From positions 66,668 to 130,667 of the IMG/VR virus record IMGVR_UViG_3300032038_000016: a stretch of 64,000 nucleotides of DNA; one strand, given 5' to 3'. Shown here in pieces: positions 42,972-54,227 of this stretch; within the stretch, counting starts at the first letter, position 1, and every line of letters begins with the position of its first letter. The position numbers and the translations under genes were made by a program. This stretch comes from a virus (taxonomy: Duplodnaviria; Caudoviricetes). The notes under the pieces are model-generated. The model had not been told where the DNA came from, ran no database searches, and was given only the letters and a program-made list of their open reading frames with translations.

Positions 42972-45900
42972 TTACTCCGGATACAAATCCATACGATTTG
43001 TCAATGATAAAGAACAATTCAAATTAGAAATTTTAAATGGATTATTAAATGATGAAATTGTTGTCGTTGTTCCTTTCACATAATAATGCCGTAATTGCTC
43101 AATTGGAATCCATCTAATAATGTTATTATTTCGATAAACATATCCATTCTTATATGGAACAAATGGATCCACACCGCTATTATTAAGAATTGTAGAATAA
43201 TTATTATCTCTTCCTACGGGAAAATGTCCAATTGCATAAAATTCCTGTGATTGCAAACCATTTCCTTTATGAATGATTTCACCAATATCAACGATTGTCG
43301 TATATTGTGGGGATTGTAATGCAACAAAATATGATGAATCAATCCATCTAACTTCAATGTGATATAGCGTATTGTTGCGGTTTTCACCATAACCAATTAA
43401 TCCAGACGGTTCATTATCATTTGAATTAAATTGATTATATAAATACATCACATTCAAAGGATTATTTCTTGTTAGAATACAAGTCACAGAACCAGTCTTT
43501 GAATTATTACTTGTGTTATATTGATAATTCAATGTCATGGAATCATAATAAACAATAAAATCATTGTTTTGATGCGTGTCTTTGATATAATGAATGAACG
43601 CATGTGAATCATGCCAGCATTTCATGGTTTGCGATTGCTCAAATTTTGCCATATGATAAATCGAATTTGTTAATAACAGATTTTCAATAACTGTGGATGC
43701 GGGTCCAGAGGGGGGAGAACTTCTGTTTGGTGTTAACAACGCAAATCTACCTAAATTAGTATAATTAGAAGAGGAACAAGTGGTATTCCATTTTTCAAAA
43801 ACAGAATATCCGGTCACAAAATTTGTTGGTGGTGTGTATCTTGTATATGTTCCATCATCAGTATTCAACACCATTAAAAATGATGAATTGTCTGTTGATG
43901 AAGTTGTTTTGATGTAGATCATATTATGTAATCCAATAAAGTCACCGTAAGTATATTGATCAAGATCTGGCAAATCATATTCTTGAACAACTGATTTTGT
44001 TTTAAGATCATAAATTGTTAAATGTGTGGATGTTGCAGAATTCCAATAGCCAATATAAGTTGTACCATAAATGAAATGTGTATTGTATGAATTATCAATA
44101 TAAAAATCTTCCATTGTATCAATATCACAGATCAATGTATTTCTACCATTTGTGGTATCTGCAATCATGCGATAATGACTTGATTCATCATAATCCCCAA
44201 TACAAATTGTATGATCGTTTGTTAACTCATTATGTGTGGATGTGTAATTATCCCACCAACATATTGTTGCAGAATTAACAATCTCATCAATTGTCGTTTT
44301 CGACATATCCAAACGAACCAAACAATTACATTTTCCTTTTGCTGAATGTGCATTTGAAGAATTGTAGAAATGCATTCCCGCTGTAGCTGTTACATCCACC
44401 ATTAATAATACAATATATTTTCCATCGTAATATTTGTGAACATGATTATGGAATGTGGTCCATGCTCCATTCGCATGTTCTGCTTCTGTCATGGAAAGTT
44501 TTGCAACCCATAATTCTTCCAATTTATGTAATAGCTTTTCAACATATGATCCAGAATCATTCATATGTTCTGGAAAGATAATATCAGCATTGGTTAACAC
44601 CCAACCATATTCATCAGATGTGTGTAATACTGTGAAATTACTTTTGATTGTATAATCATAATCGATATATGTGTGATCAATCGATAATTGGAAACGTTTA
44701 TTTTCTTGAATAATGGGGGATAATGCTGCCGTATCTTTTCGGATGAAATATCTTTTATTTCGTAATTCCAATGGAATATTTGCATTGTCTTCAAGTTGTT
44801 GATATGATGACAGATCCAAATAGTTATCAGTCACATATGTTACACCGATATTATTTAAACCAGTAACAGTAATTTCTTCACAATCCGGATATGCGTAAAT
44901 ATAATATGTTTGTCCATTTGCTGTCAACCACGTTGGTGTTTTTGTCCACAATTTGGAATAATTTCTTTTTGGTGAATTAATAAATGCTTGATCTTGTGTG
45001 TAATCCAAATCATCATAACTGAAATACTTCATTTGTTGACAATCAAATTGTGCAAATGGTAATAATCCATGTCCATAAAATGAATTGTAAGAAATATTTA
45101 ATACATCTTCAAAATATTTGGAATTATAATAGTTTGTCCAAATATTATACGCCTCAATTTCTTCCGGTGTTTCACGTTGTAATCTCTTATAAAAAATACG
45201 GAAATATCCTAATTGAAATAGGCGAGAAAATGATGGAGCATATGAATAATTCGATCTAGTTTCACTACCAGATCCAACCAATAACTCTGTGCAATTATGC
45301 TGATTATTTGTATCAAATGTGATATCAACTTTCGCATTGGTGTATGTACCAATCGTATTATCATCATTCATAGAATATTGATTTGAATCCCAACACATTC
45401 TAAGATAATTAAGACCATCATTATACAAATCATCACGTGTAATGAGATATGTTCTTTGTGCAAAATAATTATCACTACTATTACGATTACCACACGGTGG
45501 AACACATGTTGCAGCAGGTTGTGATAAATAATAAATACCTTTATTCCATAATCGATCAATCGTTCTCTTTTCTAAAATAGAATTCAAATAATATTGAATG
45601 TACAACCGTTCATTTGGATTCTTTATAATTTCTGATTTGTTTCCATCCATATCATATACATCAGATAATGTTAGCATGATTCCACTATAATTATATCTAG
45701 TCGTACTAAGACCTAGTTCACGAATTGCCACAGGAGAATCAAATCCAGAATAATTATAATCAAAATAAACTTGTAAACTTTTGATCAATTGAGAGGCGAT
45801 TCCATTTGCAGAATCATAACGATAAATACCTGTGACAGAATGCTCTCGACTTACTACAGTTGGCTCCATATTAATTTTGTTAAATAATTGGGTCTGATCA

Positions 45901-46178
45901 TATGTGTGTGTTTGATTATCATCATTTGAACCTATGTACACTGTTCCAGTATATTCCATACCGTGACCGCCACTTTGATAATAGGAAACAATAGCACTTG
46001 CTAAACGGACAAATATCCAAGTTGTCAACAAATTACAAAAGTATTTTTGATTTGTAACATTACCATCTATATCCACAGATTGGATAATTCCAATATTATG
46101 ATATTGCAATCCATCATTTTTATTTTGTAATACATCTAAAAAATTCACAATATCTTGGTCATTTTTCTTTTGATCCAT
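42972..46178 (-). CDS. Putative tail fibre/receptor-binding protein, paralogue of 46730..49489
   Basis: 1068 aa, Asn/Tyr-rich and beta-rich. Shares N- and C-terminal motifs with 46730..49489. Confidence 0.65.
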   Translation of the reverse strand: MDQKKNDQDIVNFLDVLQNKNDGLQYHNIGIIQSVDIDGNVTNQKYFCNLLTTWIFVRLASAIVSYYQSGGHGMEYTGTVYIGSNDDNQTHTYDQTQLFNKINMEPTVVSREHSVTGIYRYDSANGIASQLIKSLQVYFDYNYSGFDSPVAIRELGLSTTRYNYSGIMLTLSDVYDMDGNKSEIIKNPNERLYIQYYLNSILEKRTIDRLWNKGIYYLSQPAATCVPPCGNRNSSDNYFAQRTYLITRDDLYNDGLNYLRMCWDSNQYSMNDDNTIGTYTNAKVDITFDTNNQHNCTELLVGSGSETRSNYSYAPSFSRLFQLGYFRIFYKRLQRETPEEIEAYNIWTNYYNSKYFEDVLNISYNSFYGHGLLPFAQFDCQQMKYFSYDDLDYTQDQAFINSPKRNYSKLWTKTPTWLTANGQTYYIYAYPDCEEITVTGLNNIGVTYVTDNYLDLSSYQQLEDNANIPLELRNKRYFIRKDTAALSPIIQENKRFQLSIDHTYIDYDYTIKSNFTVLHTSDEYGWVLTNADIIFPEHMNDSGSYVEKLLHKLEELWVAKLSMTEAEHANGAWTTFHNHVHKYYDGKYIVLLMVDVTATAGMHFYNSSNAHSAKGKCNCLVRLDMSKTTIDEIVNSATICWWDNYTSTHNELTNDHTICIGDYDESSHYRMIADTTNGRNTLICDIDTMEDFYIDNSYNTHFIYGTTYIGYWNSATSTHLTIYDLKTKSVVQEYDLPDLDQYTYGDFIGLHNMIYIKTTSSTDNSSFLMVLNTDDGTYTRYTPPTNFVTGYSVFEKWNTTCSSSNYTNLGRFALLTPNRSSPPSGPASTVIENLLLTNSIYHMAKFEQSQTMKCWHDSHAFIHYIKDTHQNNDFIVYYDSMTLNYQYNTSNNSKTGSVTCILTRNNPLNVMYLYNQFNSNDNEPSGLIGYGENRNNTLYHIEVRWIDSSYFVALQSPQYTTIVDIGEIIHKGNGLQSQEFYAIGHFPVGRDNNYSTILNNSGVDPFVPYKNGYVYRNNNIIRWIPIEQLRHYYVKGTTTTISSFNNPFKISNLNCSLSLTNRMDLYPE

Positions 46179-46196
46179 AATAACACTCCTTTCATA

Positions 46197-46715
46197 TTAT
46201 TCAATTGATGCAATTGTTGTTTCGATTTTGGTGATTCTTATTATAAATTCTGGAGAATCTTGTATATTCTCAAATGCTAAATCCATCAAAGAATATTCAT
46301 CCATATTGACATCGTATAATTTCATGACTCCGTCTTTATGCTGGATATTATAATTTGATGTTTGATAATTGATCAATGTTGGTTCAGGAATATCAACATC
46401 GTATAATTTCATAACGCCGTCTTTATGTAGACTATCAGTATATTGCGTTGTATACTCTTGAACTACTGGTTGTGGAATATTGATATCATATAATTTCATA
46501 ACACCAGTAGATTGATCATGAACAGCATCTTTATATGCATCAACATAAGTAATTATATATGCGGGGTTTCCACCAAGCTTAACACAACGAACTGTTAGAT
46601 CTGCAAAGAAAGGGGGACGATAGTCCCCCGCTACCCAGACACTTTGTGCATGAACAAGCAATGGCGATTTAGTTAAATCTTTTAATGCCTCATTTGTCTT
46701 ATATATAAATTGCAT
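46197..46715 (-). CDS. Tail-operon protein with three 29-aa repeats
   Basis: GVMKLYD(I/V)x(I/M) three times at 87-bp spacing. Confidence 0.75.
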   Translation of the reverse strand: MQFIYKTNEALKDLTKSPLLVHAQSVWVAGDYRPPFFADLTVRCVKLGGNPAYIITYVDAYKDAVHDQSTGVMKLYDINIPQPVVQEYTTQYTDSLHKDGVMKLYDVDIPEPTLINYQTSNYNIQHKDGVMKLYDVNMDEYSLMDLAFENIQDSPEFIIRITKIETTIASIE

Positions 46716-46729
46716 GATATCACCTCATA

Positions 46730-49489
46730 TCACATTTGACTTCCTGGAGGAATACCAATTGTATATGCTGGATCTGGAACATTCGAAATAGTCGTTGACC
46801 AAGATTTATCTTTAATAGATCGAATATGGCTTACGGTTGATATTGTCTTTGTTGAACCAATCAATCGATAATTCATCAAATATGCAATTGGGAACAGCGT
46901 TTTACCATCTGTCATATATTCCCCATATGGAGTCCAAACACCACCATCTTGTTCATCGAAGCATTGATAATCCACTTTGATAGTATCAGCACCAGGATTC
47001 AAATACTTACCCAAATCAATAATCAGTTTCTTGCAAATACTAGTGGGTCCATATGTATAATATCCATACAAAATCAAAGCCAATGTTTTCTGTGAATTGT
47101 TATGCTGTATATATTTTAAATGACAACGAATTCCATTATTTGTTGCTTGACTACTGGTGAATGTTGTTGTATTGAAATCCAATAAGTTTCTTGGTATTAA
47201 TGGCTCATTCGGATTATCCACACAAATGTATTGAATATCTGCAACGGTGTTATCATTATATCTCCATAAAACAATTACATCATCAACAGCTCTCATTCGA
47301 ACATATTGTAAGTTTGATTTAGTATTGATTAATGTCATTGCGTTTGTACCAAGTGTGATTGTGTGTTGATTCAAATTACAGCATGCAAAATAGTTAGCTC
47401 CATCTGTAAACCATAAGTATTGATTTAGACCAAACATAAAATACACATTATGCACATTACCTGTGGATTCATTTGTTGGAACATCAAATACATTTAAAGT
47501 ATCTTCAGATTCGGTTAAACAATTCCAAATATGAATCTTATTATCATCTGCAGAAACATATGCGATTCTTGAAACACCGCTTGTTGTACTGTGGATTGCA
47601 CATCCCATTTTGGAATTAAACAATTTATGTTTCACTTGTCCACCGATATGAAAATCAATCAATAATCCTTCATTCTTGGAAACGTGTTGAACAAATACAA
47701 ATCCCTGATTGGTGTTGGTCACATACTGCTCGACAATATTTGTATTCGCGGAAAATCCTTCCATTCCAGAACTTGTTGTGGATGATCGGGTTAATGTCAC
47801 AATTTCTTCTTTGTTTGAAACATTTGTGACTGTGTAATTGATATTACTACGATTTGCCACAAAGATGTTATCTCCATAACAACAGCAATATGTGTCCCAT
47901 GAATCATTAATTCCATTAATCGCTTTTCTCATATTCAATTTTGGAAAATAAATGTAATTCCGATAAACAAAATATCCATTATCATAATTATCACAACAAT
48001 CACCAGTTCCATTTACTGGATAATTTCCAATATTGAAATCCGAATCTTGTACTTCTTCTCCATCAATTAATGGTAATAATGTTAATGATTGCTTTGCTCT
48101 AATAGGTTTTAATGTTTCATCGGTGTTTGTAATGTAATATTTCGCAGTTCGTGGATTAAAACCATCGATATCATCCGGAATAGATAATGGATTAGAAATG
48201 AATTTCCATGAACCAAGATTCCAATATGAATCAGTGGCATACAAAGTTGTCAACGATGGATTATCAAATTTCAGAATTGGGTCATCCGTTTTTAGATTCA
48301 AACGAATTCGCATCTCGGTGATTGTCTCATGATTCGTATAATAGATATGATTTGCAAATAATGAATTAAATGATTCTTCACAATAATTCTTCGTAGAATC
48401 ATTTGTTAATGCAACTCGATTGGTATATGCACCACTTACGCGATCATATAAAAATGCACCATAATTTGATTTCGATGTTACATCAATTTGTGTAAATGGA
48501 GCCGCTTCACCATCTTCACCAAATCGTTTGGATAATCCTGTGGATGTCCAATTGTTATTAGTAACACGTAATAAGATTGATAATTCATCGGGCGTGGTCA
48601 TTGTTTGTGGTTCCATTATCAAGAACCCTTTTGCCGCATTATAAAATCCATCAATATATCCTTGATCATCTCCTGTTTGACGATACATTGTGAATTGTTG
48701 CAAATTAGTAACACAATCACATGTTCGATTCAAAATTGCAGATGCTGTTTCATTCGTTGGTCTGGCAACGAATGAATCACGTTTGAATGTACCCGCCGTA
48801 TATTGCTTCATATGGTATTTCAGGAATTTGTTCATCGTTGTAATTAATGCATAACGACCATGACTCCATCCTTCTTGAATGATAGAAGCATTATATGTCA
48901 TACATAAAAACACCGTAAATATCATTCTCGTGTTCACTCTTTTTGTGATAGAAATAGGAGAGCCATTAATATCATAACAACGAGATCTTGTCCACAATTG
49001 TGTATCCGAATCACCAATACCGTATTCTTCAATATTAACATCAACATCATTAACATTGTAATCGTAATAACATTCTAAGAATCGACAAATTACAGAAATC
49101 AATTCATTATGAGTTCCACCAATATCATTTGGATAATAATACATTGGAAAATTGTAATTGGGATTTGCTGATGCATTGGTGACTGTTGCTGGTGATTCAA
49201 AACCAGCTGGGACATTACTCAATGAATTAATTTCCAACATATTTTCTGTCAAATCAGGAGATGTTCCAACATACAACTTCGTGGGGAAATTTGCTCCATC
49301 TTTGATGAATTTACTCATTCCGTAATCGGTTAAATAATTCATCCCATAACTTTCGTCGATGATGTTTCCATCACGATCAATACTTTGAACAACATATAGA
49401 TTTGATGTACCACCGCGAGGGCGGTGGTGTTGTGCAAATTTTAATGCACGATTTAATTTCATCATACTCGTATCTTGACGCTCTTTCAT
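46730..49489 (-). CDS. Putative tail fibre/receptor-binding protein, paralogue of 42972..46178
   Basis: About 919 aa. QSIDRDGN, YYDYN, YDING, PFTQID and terminal GSTKTIST motifs. Confidence 0.65.
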   Translation of the reverse strand: MKERQDTSMMKLNRALKFAQHHRPRGGTSNLYVVQSIDRDGNIIDESYGMNYLTDYGMSKFIKDGANFPTKLYVGTSPDLTENMLEINSLSNVPAGFESPATVTNASANPNYNFPMYYYPNDIGGTHNELISVICRFLECYYDYNVNDVDVNIEEYGIGDSDTQLWTRSRCYDINGSPISITKRVNTRMIFTVFLCMTYNASIIQEGWSHGRYALITTMNKFLKYHMKQYTAGTFKRDSFVARPTNETASAILNRTCDCVTNLQQFTMYRQTGDDQGYIDGFYNAAKGFLIMEPQTMTTPDELSILLRVTNNNWTSTGLSKRFGEDGEAAPFTQIDVTSKSNYGAFLYDRVSGAYTNRVALTNDSTKNYCEESFNSLFANHIYYTNHETITEMRIRLNLKTDDPILKFDNPSLTTLYATDSYWNLGSWKFISNPLSIPDDIDGFNPRTAKYYITNTDETLKPIRAKQSLTLLPLIDGEEVQDSDFNIGNYPVNGTGDCCDNYDNGYFVYRNYIYFPKLNMRKAINGINDSWDTYCCCYGDNIFVANRSNINYTVTNVSNKEEIVTLTRSSTTSSGMEGFSANTNIVEQYVTNTNQGFVFVQHVSKNEGLLIDFHIGGQVKHKLFNSKMGCAIHSTTSGVSRIAYVSADDNKIHIWNCLTESEDTLNVFDVPTNESTGNVHNVYFMFGLNQYLWFTDGANYFACCNLNQHTITLGTNAMTLINTKSNLQYVRMRAVDDVIVLWRYNDNTVADIQYICVDNPNEPLIPRNLLDFNTTTFTSSQATNNGIRCHLKYIQHNNSQKTLALILYGYYTYGPTSICKKLIIDLGKYLNPGADTIKVDYQCFDEQDGGVWTPYGEYMTDGKTLFPIAYLMNYRLIGSTKTISTVSHIRSIKDKSWSTTISNVPDPAYTIGIPPGSQM

Positions 49490-49506
49490 TTCAATCACCT
49501 GCCTTT

Positions 49507-52500
49507 CTATGTTTCGTATGAAATTTTAATAATTCGCTTAAAGTCGGATTTGTTAATTGTTGCGGATGCAACATGATTTCCGCCATATGACGATAATGGA
49601 TATGTCAATGTCGCATTGGTGAATTTCAAACATGCATTGTCAAATTGGATGAATCGAGAATCATATGTGTATTGCGGTTCTGTTTCAGTGTTATACAAAT
49701 TCACCAATCTTGCATATCGATATCCCATATTGTATGTGGTTTGTTTATTATAATCCAACATCAGCAATGTATTCTTCAATAAGAAAATATACCCATCATA
49801 TTCAAATGTGTAATATCGTTTACCGTTTGTGAGAGAATTTTCTAAATTCCATCTCATGTTAATTTTCTGAGATAAACTATTTTTAATATCATAAATAATC
49901 ATTTGACGATTATTATTGGTCATTGTGACAAAGATACAATCATTTGCATATTCACAATTGTTGGGCTGTTGAGAAATACCTGAAACGGCATGTGATATTA
50001 GTGTATCAGTATCCTCATGATATTCTGAAATATAACCATATTGAGCAATATAATGAACACCGTTATGATATGCAAAATATGTATTATTCCCGCTATACGG
50101 TAATGCATTTGATTTTGTAACATATGTATTCGTGGATTTGTTATACACATACAAATTTTTATTATATCCAGTTAATATACATTTATCTCCAATTGAGAAG
50201 TCCGTGAAGTCTCCGGCTCGGGCACGTATCTCAATATTCGTGAATGTATCTTTTATCGTATTATAAAGAATTAGATTCTTATAAGATCCTGATGCAATAA
50301 TTGTTTTTTGTTTATCATACCATTTGATTTTACAACCACCATTCCCTGCTAATGTATATGAACCACTAACATATCCTAAAGCTGTTGTTGTAACATCTTT
50401 TGTTTTAAGATTAATTTTGTAATAATAATTTTGATTAGAGATCGCTAAGAATAGATAATCATCATTTACGAGTATATGCGAATCATACACATATGAAGAT
50501 GAATCGTATTGTATTTTGTATAATTCACCAGTATTTCCACTATGAGGAATTTTGCAAACGGTTTCTAATTGACCATTCATTACATTTAATTTCTTACATA
50601 TGAAATATACCTGTGACCAGTCATCATTGAATTGAACCGTCATTCCAATGTAAATAGAACGATGGTGTTCACACATGGATGTATAAAAAATATTCGTTAC
50701 ACCAGAATCAATAATACCATTACGATATTTAATGTTAACATTATTTCGTTTACCGACAGGCAATAGATATTGTGCTTTGATCATTTGACCAGCTTCATCA
50801 AAGAATGATGGATCATCTGGCTTTTTCCATGTGGATCTCCAATTTGCTTCTTCTGGTGAAATGTATCGATTACTTCCTTTAGTACCTGTATTGAATATTT
50901 GAGAAGAATAAACAACACAGGTTTCATCATCATTTAATATTTTATCCAAAATTAAATCATATACAGAATTGTTTGTTAATGTGTCACGTGATAATTTATG
51001 TGTGATTTCAAATTGTAATGGATCATATTCTGCATCAACACCTGTATTTCTTGCACTAAATGAATTATCATATTGAATTCGAACATGCTGTTTTGGTGGA
51101 ACAACTTTCAAATTTACTTTCTTTTTGGAATGAGATCCATCATATGTGAGAATATCAAATGTTTCCAATAAACCAGCAACGGATATATCATCACCAATAT
51201 AGCCATATTGTTCAAATGTTGATTTTGTTAATCCTTGTGTGGGACATAATACCCACAATCCTGATTCTTCATCAAAGTATTTTACACCTTCTTCATCTCT
51301 ACATAACAAACCAACTCTGATATCGATTGCTGTGATTTTGATATAACTGTGAAATGGTAACTTGTTCATGGAAACTTGTGTTCCATTCAGCAATGATGTG
51401 TTTGTTAAATAATATTCTTCATCCAACAAATATCCATCAGGTTTATATGATTCTTCAGTTAATACATAACCTGAACCACCTGCACCGCCTTGGTCATCGT
51501 CGGATCCATAATCGGGATATGTACCGCTTCCGCCGTACCATCCTCCACCACCGGAGCCACCATATCCGCCGCTAGCATATATTCCATTTCCGCCAAAACC
51601 AAATCCGCCATTTGTAACTTTATATGTATTATTGGTATTCTGTGGAGATTCTGTTTGTGTTCCTGGTTGTGCAGCTCTATAAGCACAGCCACCATTTAAT
51701 TGTGTTCCGCCTACTGAACCTCCACCATCACCACCGGTATATCCATTTCCACCTTCAGAACCAGCACCACCGGCAACAATCACTCTCGCATACAAACTAT
51801 TGGAACCGATACGAATATCAGATCCACCACCACCAATTGTCAATGATGGTTTGGACATATCATATGATGCATTACCTCCACCATTGAAACCAATTGTTGG
51901 TATGTTTGTTCGAACTGTGCTTTTTTGTATATCTAATATTGGTGGACCACCGGAGCCTCCGACATTCACATATATATCTTCTACACCTTGTAATTCCAAT
52001 GTACCAGAAGCATATCCACCAGAAGACACATGTGAACCATAAAATCTTGGTCTACCATCTCCTCCATAACATGTCAATTCATATGTCCCAGGAGGTAATG
52101 TAACATGTTCGGTTTCGCCAACGCATGGAAATGTGATGACATCATCTTGTGATGGTGAATTTATTTTTTGGCAAATATAAATGACGGGATCAAGGTCAGC
52201 ACAACCAGCAATCATTAATGTATCATGAAAATGATATTTTTCACCGGGTTCATAATATTCACCATTGCACAATAATGGTTTATATGAAGAATTTGTCAAT
52301 ACATATGAAGAACCACCAGCTCCCGCCATACTTTGTTTTTCAGCAGTATCGTTTGTTGTGCGACGTGCGTATCCACCGTACCAACCACCGCCACCGCCAG
52401 AAGATCCTTCTGTCGAATAAGCAATTACTCGCGATTGATATTGATCGGGGGGTCGATCTCCATAACCAAATCCAAAACCATTTGTTTGTGATGCGTATAA

Positions 52501-53760
52501 ATCTCCATGCCAATCATATGATATCTTTGTGTGGTAAAGTGTACCATATGCTCCACCACCATAAGACACAGAATCAAGATATCCGGAAGCCTCTGACATA
52601 TTAATTGCGCCACCACCACCTGCAGCAACCATAATACGAGAATTCAATGATGGTGTATCCATTGCATATGGACCAGGTTCCCAATAACCCGTACTAGTTG
52701 GAGTAATAAATGTTTTGCTAACTTGATCGAACAATCCTACTGTCCCATCAGAATTTCGAATTACCGGGGTATAATCTCTTTGAAGCACCTCATTATTATC
52801 AACGTCTGTGTCCCAAATCTTGAAGGAATACAGCTTAAATTTTGCAACATTATAATTTACATATGATCCACCCCCGGCATTAATCGCATTGATACATAAT
52901 GAACATTCGGAATCAGCAGCATTACCATTTGTGATCGTAACACTATCGAGCAATCTATCATTAGAATAAACCTTCGCAGTTAAACCTTCACATTCCAATT
53001 GGATTCTTTCATTATATGGAAAATCAGATGAAAAGAAAACTGTCCCACCATTTCTTGACCATGATGGGGTATTCTTATTATTATAGCGCATTGTGAATGA
53101 AAATGCATAGTTTGTTTCACCACTAGTTCTTGCGCCAAATAATCCTTCATAGCTCGAAAATGGGTCCGGGTATAATACACAATCCATCAATACTTTTGTT
53201 GTTGAAATGGGTGTATATCCAGTATCAAAATATCCAGATAAGCCATTTCCTCTGGCAAAGATGTAATCCAATTTTGTATAAGGATGATCAGGATCCTGAT
53301 CATCATAAACTGATATCGATTTATTAAACACCATATTTCCGTTCTCATCATATGTTGGATATTCATCAGCATCATATTCAATTAATCGAATATCCGATGC
53401 ACCTCCACCGCCATTACCATTTAAAAACGGACCATCGTTTCCAATTTGTGGAGTTGCTTTTGAACCAGGTGCTCCACCATTAAATCCACCTGCTGATGTT
53501 GTATAATCCAATGATCCGTTGCCACCGACTCCACCAACAACAGCATGAAATGTGGTTGTTTCTGTTAAATCTAATTCACCATAAACAACAGCACCATATT
53601 CTGGTGCATCTCTCATTGAAGAACTACCACCTCGAGCTCCATGACAAATGAACAAATATTCACCGGGGTCTAATGTGAATGGTTGATCTGTCCCGGTGTA
53701 TTGAAATTCATGAAGTACTCGCCATAATTCATTATGATAACCAAATACTTTATTACTCAT
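49507..53760 (-). CDS. Glycine-rich (ALK/LTK Gly_rich_2-like) receptor-binding tail protein with lectin-like insert
   Basis: Two domains with L.PG.Y...C.G, GFNGG, GGGG.SDIR, R..VA.G.G, GGGGGWYGG and GGSGYV motifs. Beta-rich C-terminus. Confidence 0.8.
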   Translation of the reverse strand: MSNKVFGYHNELWRVLHEFQYTGTDQPFTLDPGEYLFICHGARGGSSSMRDAPEYGAVVYGELDLTETTTFHAVVGGVGGNGSLDYTTSAGGFNGGAPGSKATPQIGNDGPFLNGNGGGGASDIRLIEYDADEYPTYDENGNMVFNKSISVYDDQDPDHPYTKLDYIFARGNGLSGYFDTGYTPISTTKVLMDCVLYPDPFSSYEGLFGARTSGETNYAFSFTMRYNNKNTPSWSRNGGTVFFSSDFPYNERIQLECEGLTAKVYSNDRLLDSVTITNGNAADSECSLCINAINAGGGSYVNYNVAKFKLYSFKIWDTDVDNNEVLQRDYTPVIRNSDGTVGLFDQVSKTFITPTSTGYWEPGPYAMDTPSLNSRIMVAAGGGGAINMSEASGYLDSVSYGGGAYGTLYHTKISYDWHGDLYASQTNGFGFGYGDRPPDQYQSRVIAYSTEGSSGGGGGWYGGYARRTTNDTAEKQSMAGAGGSSYVLTNSSYKPLLCNGEYYEPGEKYHFHDTLMIAGCADLDPVIYICQKINSPSQDDVITFPCVGETEHVTLPPGTYELTCYGGDGRPRFYGSHVSSGGYASGTLELQGVEDIYVNVGGSGGPPILDIQKSTVRTNIPTIGFNGGGNASYDMSKPSLTIGGGGSDIRIGSNSLYARVIVAGGAGSEGGNGYTGGDGGGSVGGTQLNGGCAYRAAQPGTQTESPQNTNNTYKVTNGGFGFGGNGIYASGGYGGSGGGGWYGGSGTYPDYGSDDDQGGAGGSGYVLTEESYKPDGYLLDEEYYLTNTSLLNGTQVSMNKLPFHSYIKITAIDIRVGLLCRDEEGVKYFDEESGLWVLCPTQGLTKSTFEQYGYIGDDISVAGLLETFDILTYDGSHSKKKVNLKVVPPKQHVRIQYDNSFSARNTGVDAEYDPLQFEITHKLSRDTLTNNSVYDLILDKILNDDETCVVYSSQIFNTGTKGSNRYISPEEANWRSTWKKPDDPSFFDEAGQMIKAQYLLPVGKRNNVNIKYRNGIIDSGVTNIFYTSMCEHHRSIYIGMTVQFNDDWSQVYFICKKLNVMNGQLETVCKIPHSGNTGELYKIQYDSSSYVYDSHILVNDDYLFLAISNQNYYYKINLKTKDVTTTALGYVSGSYTLAGNGGCKIKWYDKQKTIIASGSYKNLILYNTIKDTFTNIEIRARAGDFTDFSIGDKCILTGYNKNLYVYNKSTNTYVTKSNALPYSGNNTYFAYHNGVHYIAQYGYISEYHEDTDTLISHAVSGISQQPNNCEYANDCIFVTMTNNNRQMIIYDIKNSLSQKINMRWNLENSLTNGKRYYTFEYDGYIFLLKNTLLMLDYNKQTTYNMGYRYARLVNLYNTETEPQYTYDSRFIQFDNACLKFTNATLTYPLSSYGGNHVASATINKSDFKRIIKISYET

Positions 53761-53774
53761 TCACAATCACCTCT

Positions 53775-54209
53775 TTAACTCATCGGAGAATATGGAGTAT
53801 CTGTTGGATTGTAAATTGTAACAAAGGAATCATCAGGAATTACATTAATTTCTGCTTGTGTAGGTTCATGGTCAAATGCAACAATCTGAGATTCGAAACC
53901 AACCAATTTCAAATTACCATTTGCACAATCTGTTTCAACAGTAATAGATGTATAAGATTCTGGAATCACGCGATATACCGTTTCTGTTTCAGTATCTACT
54001 AATAACATATTGCGTTTATAATCTTGATTAGATTCATAATCTTCGATTGATGCAGAACCACCACCCCCACCAAGATTCTCAATTGCATTTAATTTTGCTG
54101 CAATTGAAGCTAATAATAATTGATGTTGTTCAATTACTTCATACAAATCTTGGAATGTTGGATCAATAATATTACGATAATCTGTTGAATCAACTCCACC
54201 AATTTTCAT
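53775..54209 (-). CDS. Small tail-operon protein, possible CBM5/12-like module
   Basis: Coiled coil, Gly linker, then YESNQDYKRNMLLVD...VYRV...YTS. Confidence 0.6.
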   Translation of the reverse strand: MKIGGVDSTDYRNIIDPTFQDLYEVIEQHQLLLASIAAKLNAIENLGGGGGSASIEDYESNQDYKRNMLLVDTETETVYRVIPESYTSITVETDCANGNLKLVGFESQIVAFDHEPTQAEINVIPDDSFVTIYNPTDTPYSPMS

Positions 54210-54227
54210 ATCAATCACTCCTTTCTA

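Noticed and set aside
42856-43083. 75-aa ORF after the baseplate gene
   Set aside because: It runs through the terminator hairpin and overlaps a convergent gene, with no SD.
46290-46510. 87-bp-spaced repeats as a mini CRISPR array
   Set aside because: Differences fall mostly at synonymous positions, as expected for protein-level repeats. No cas genes are present.
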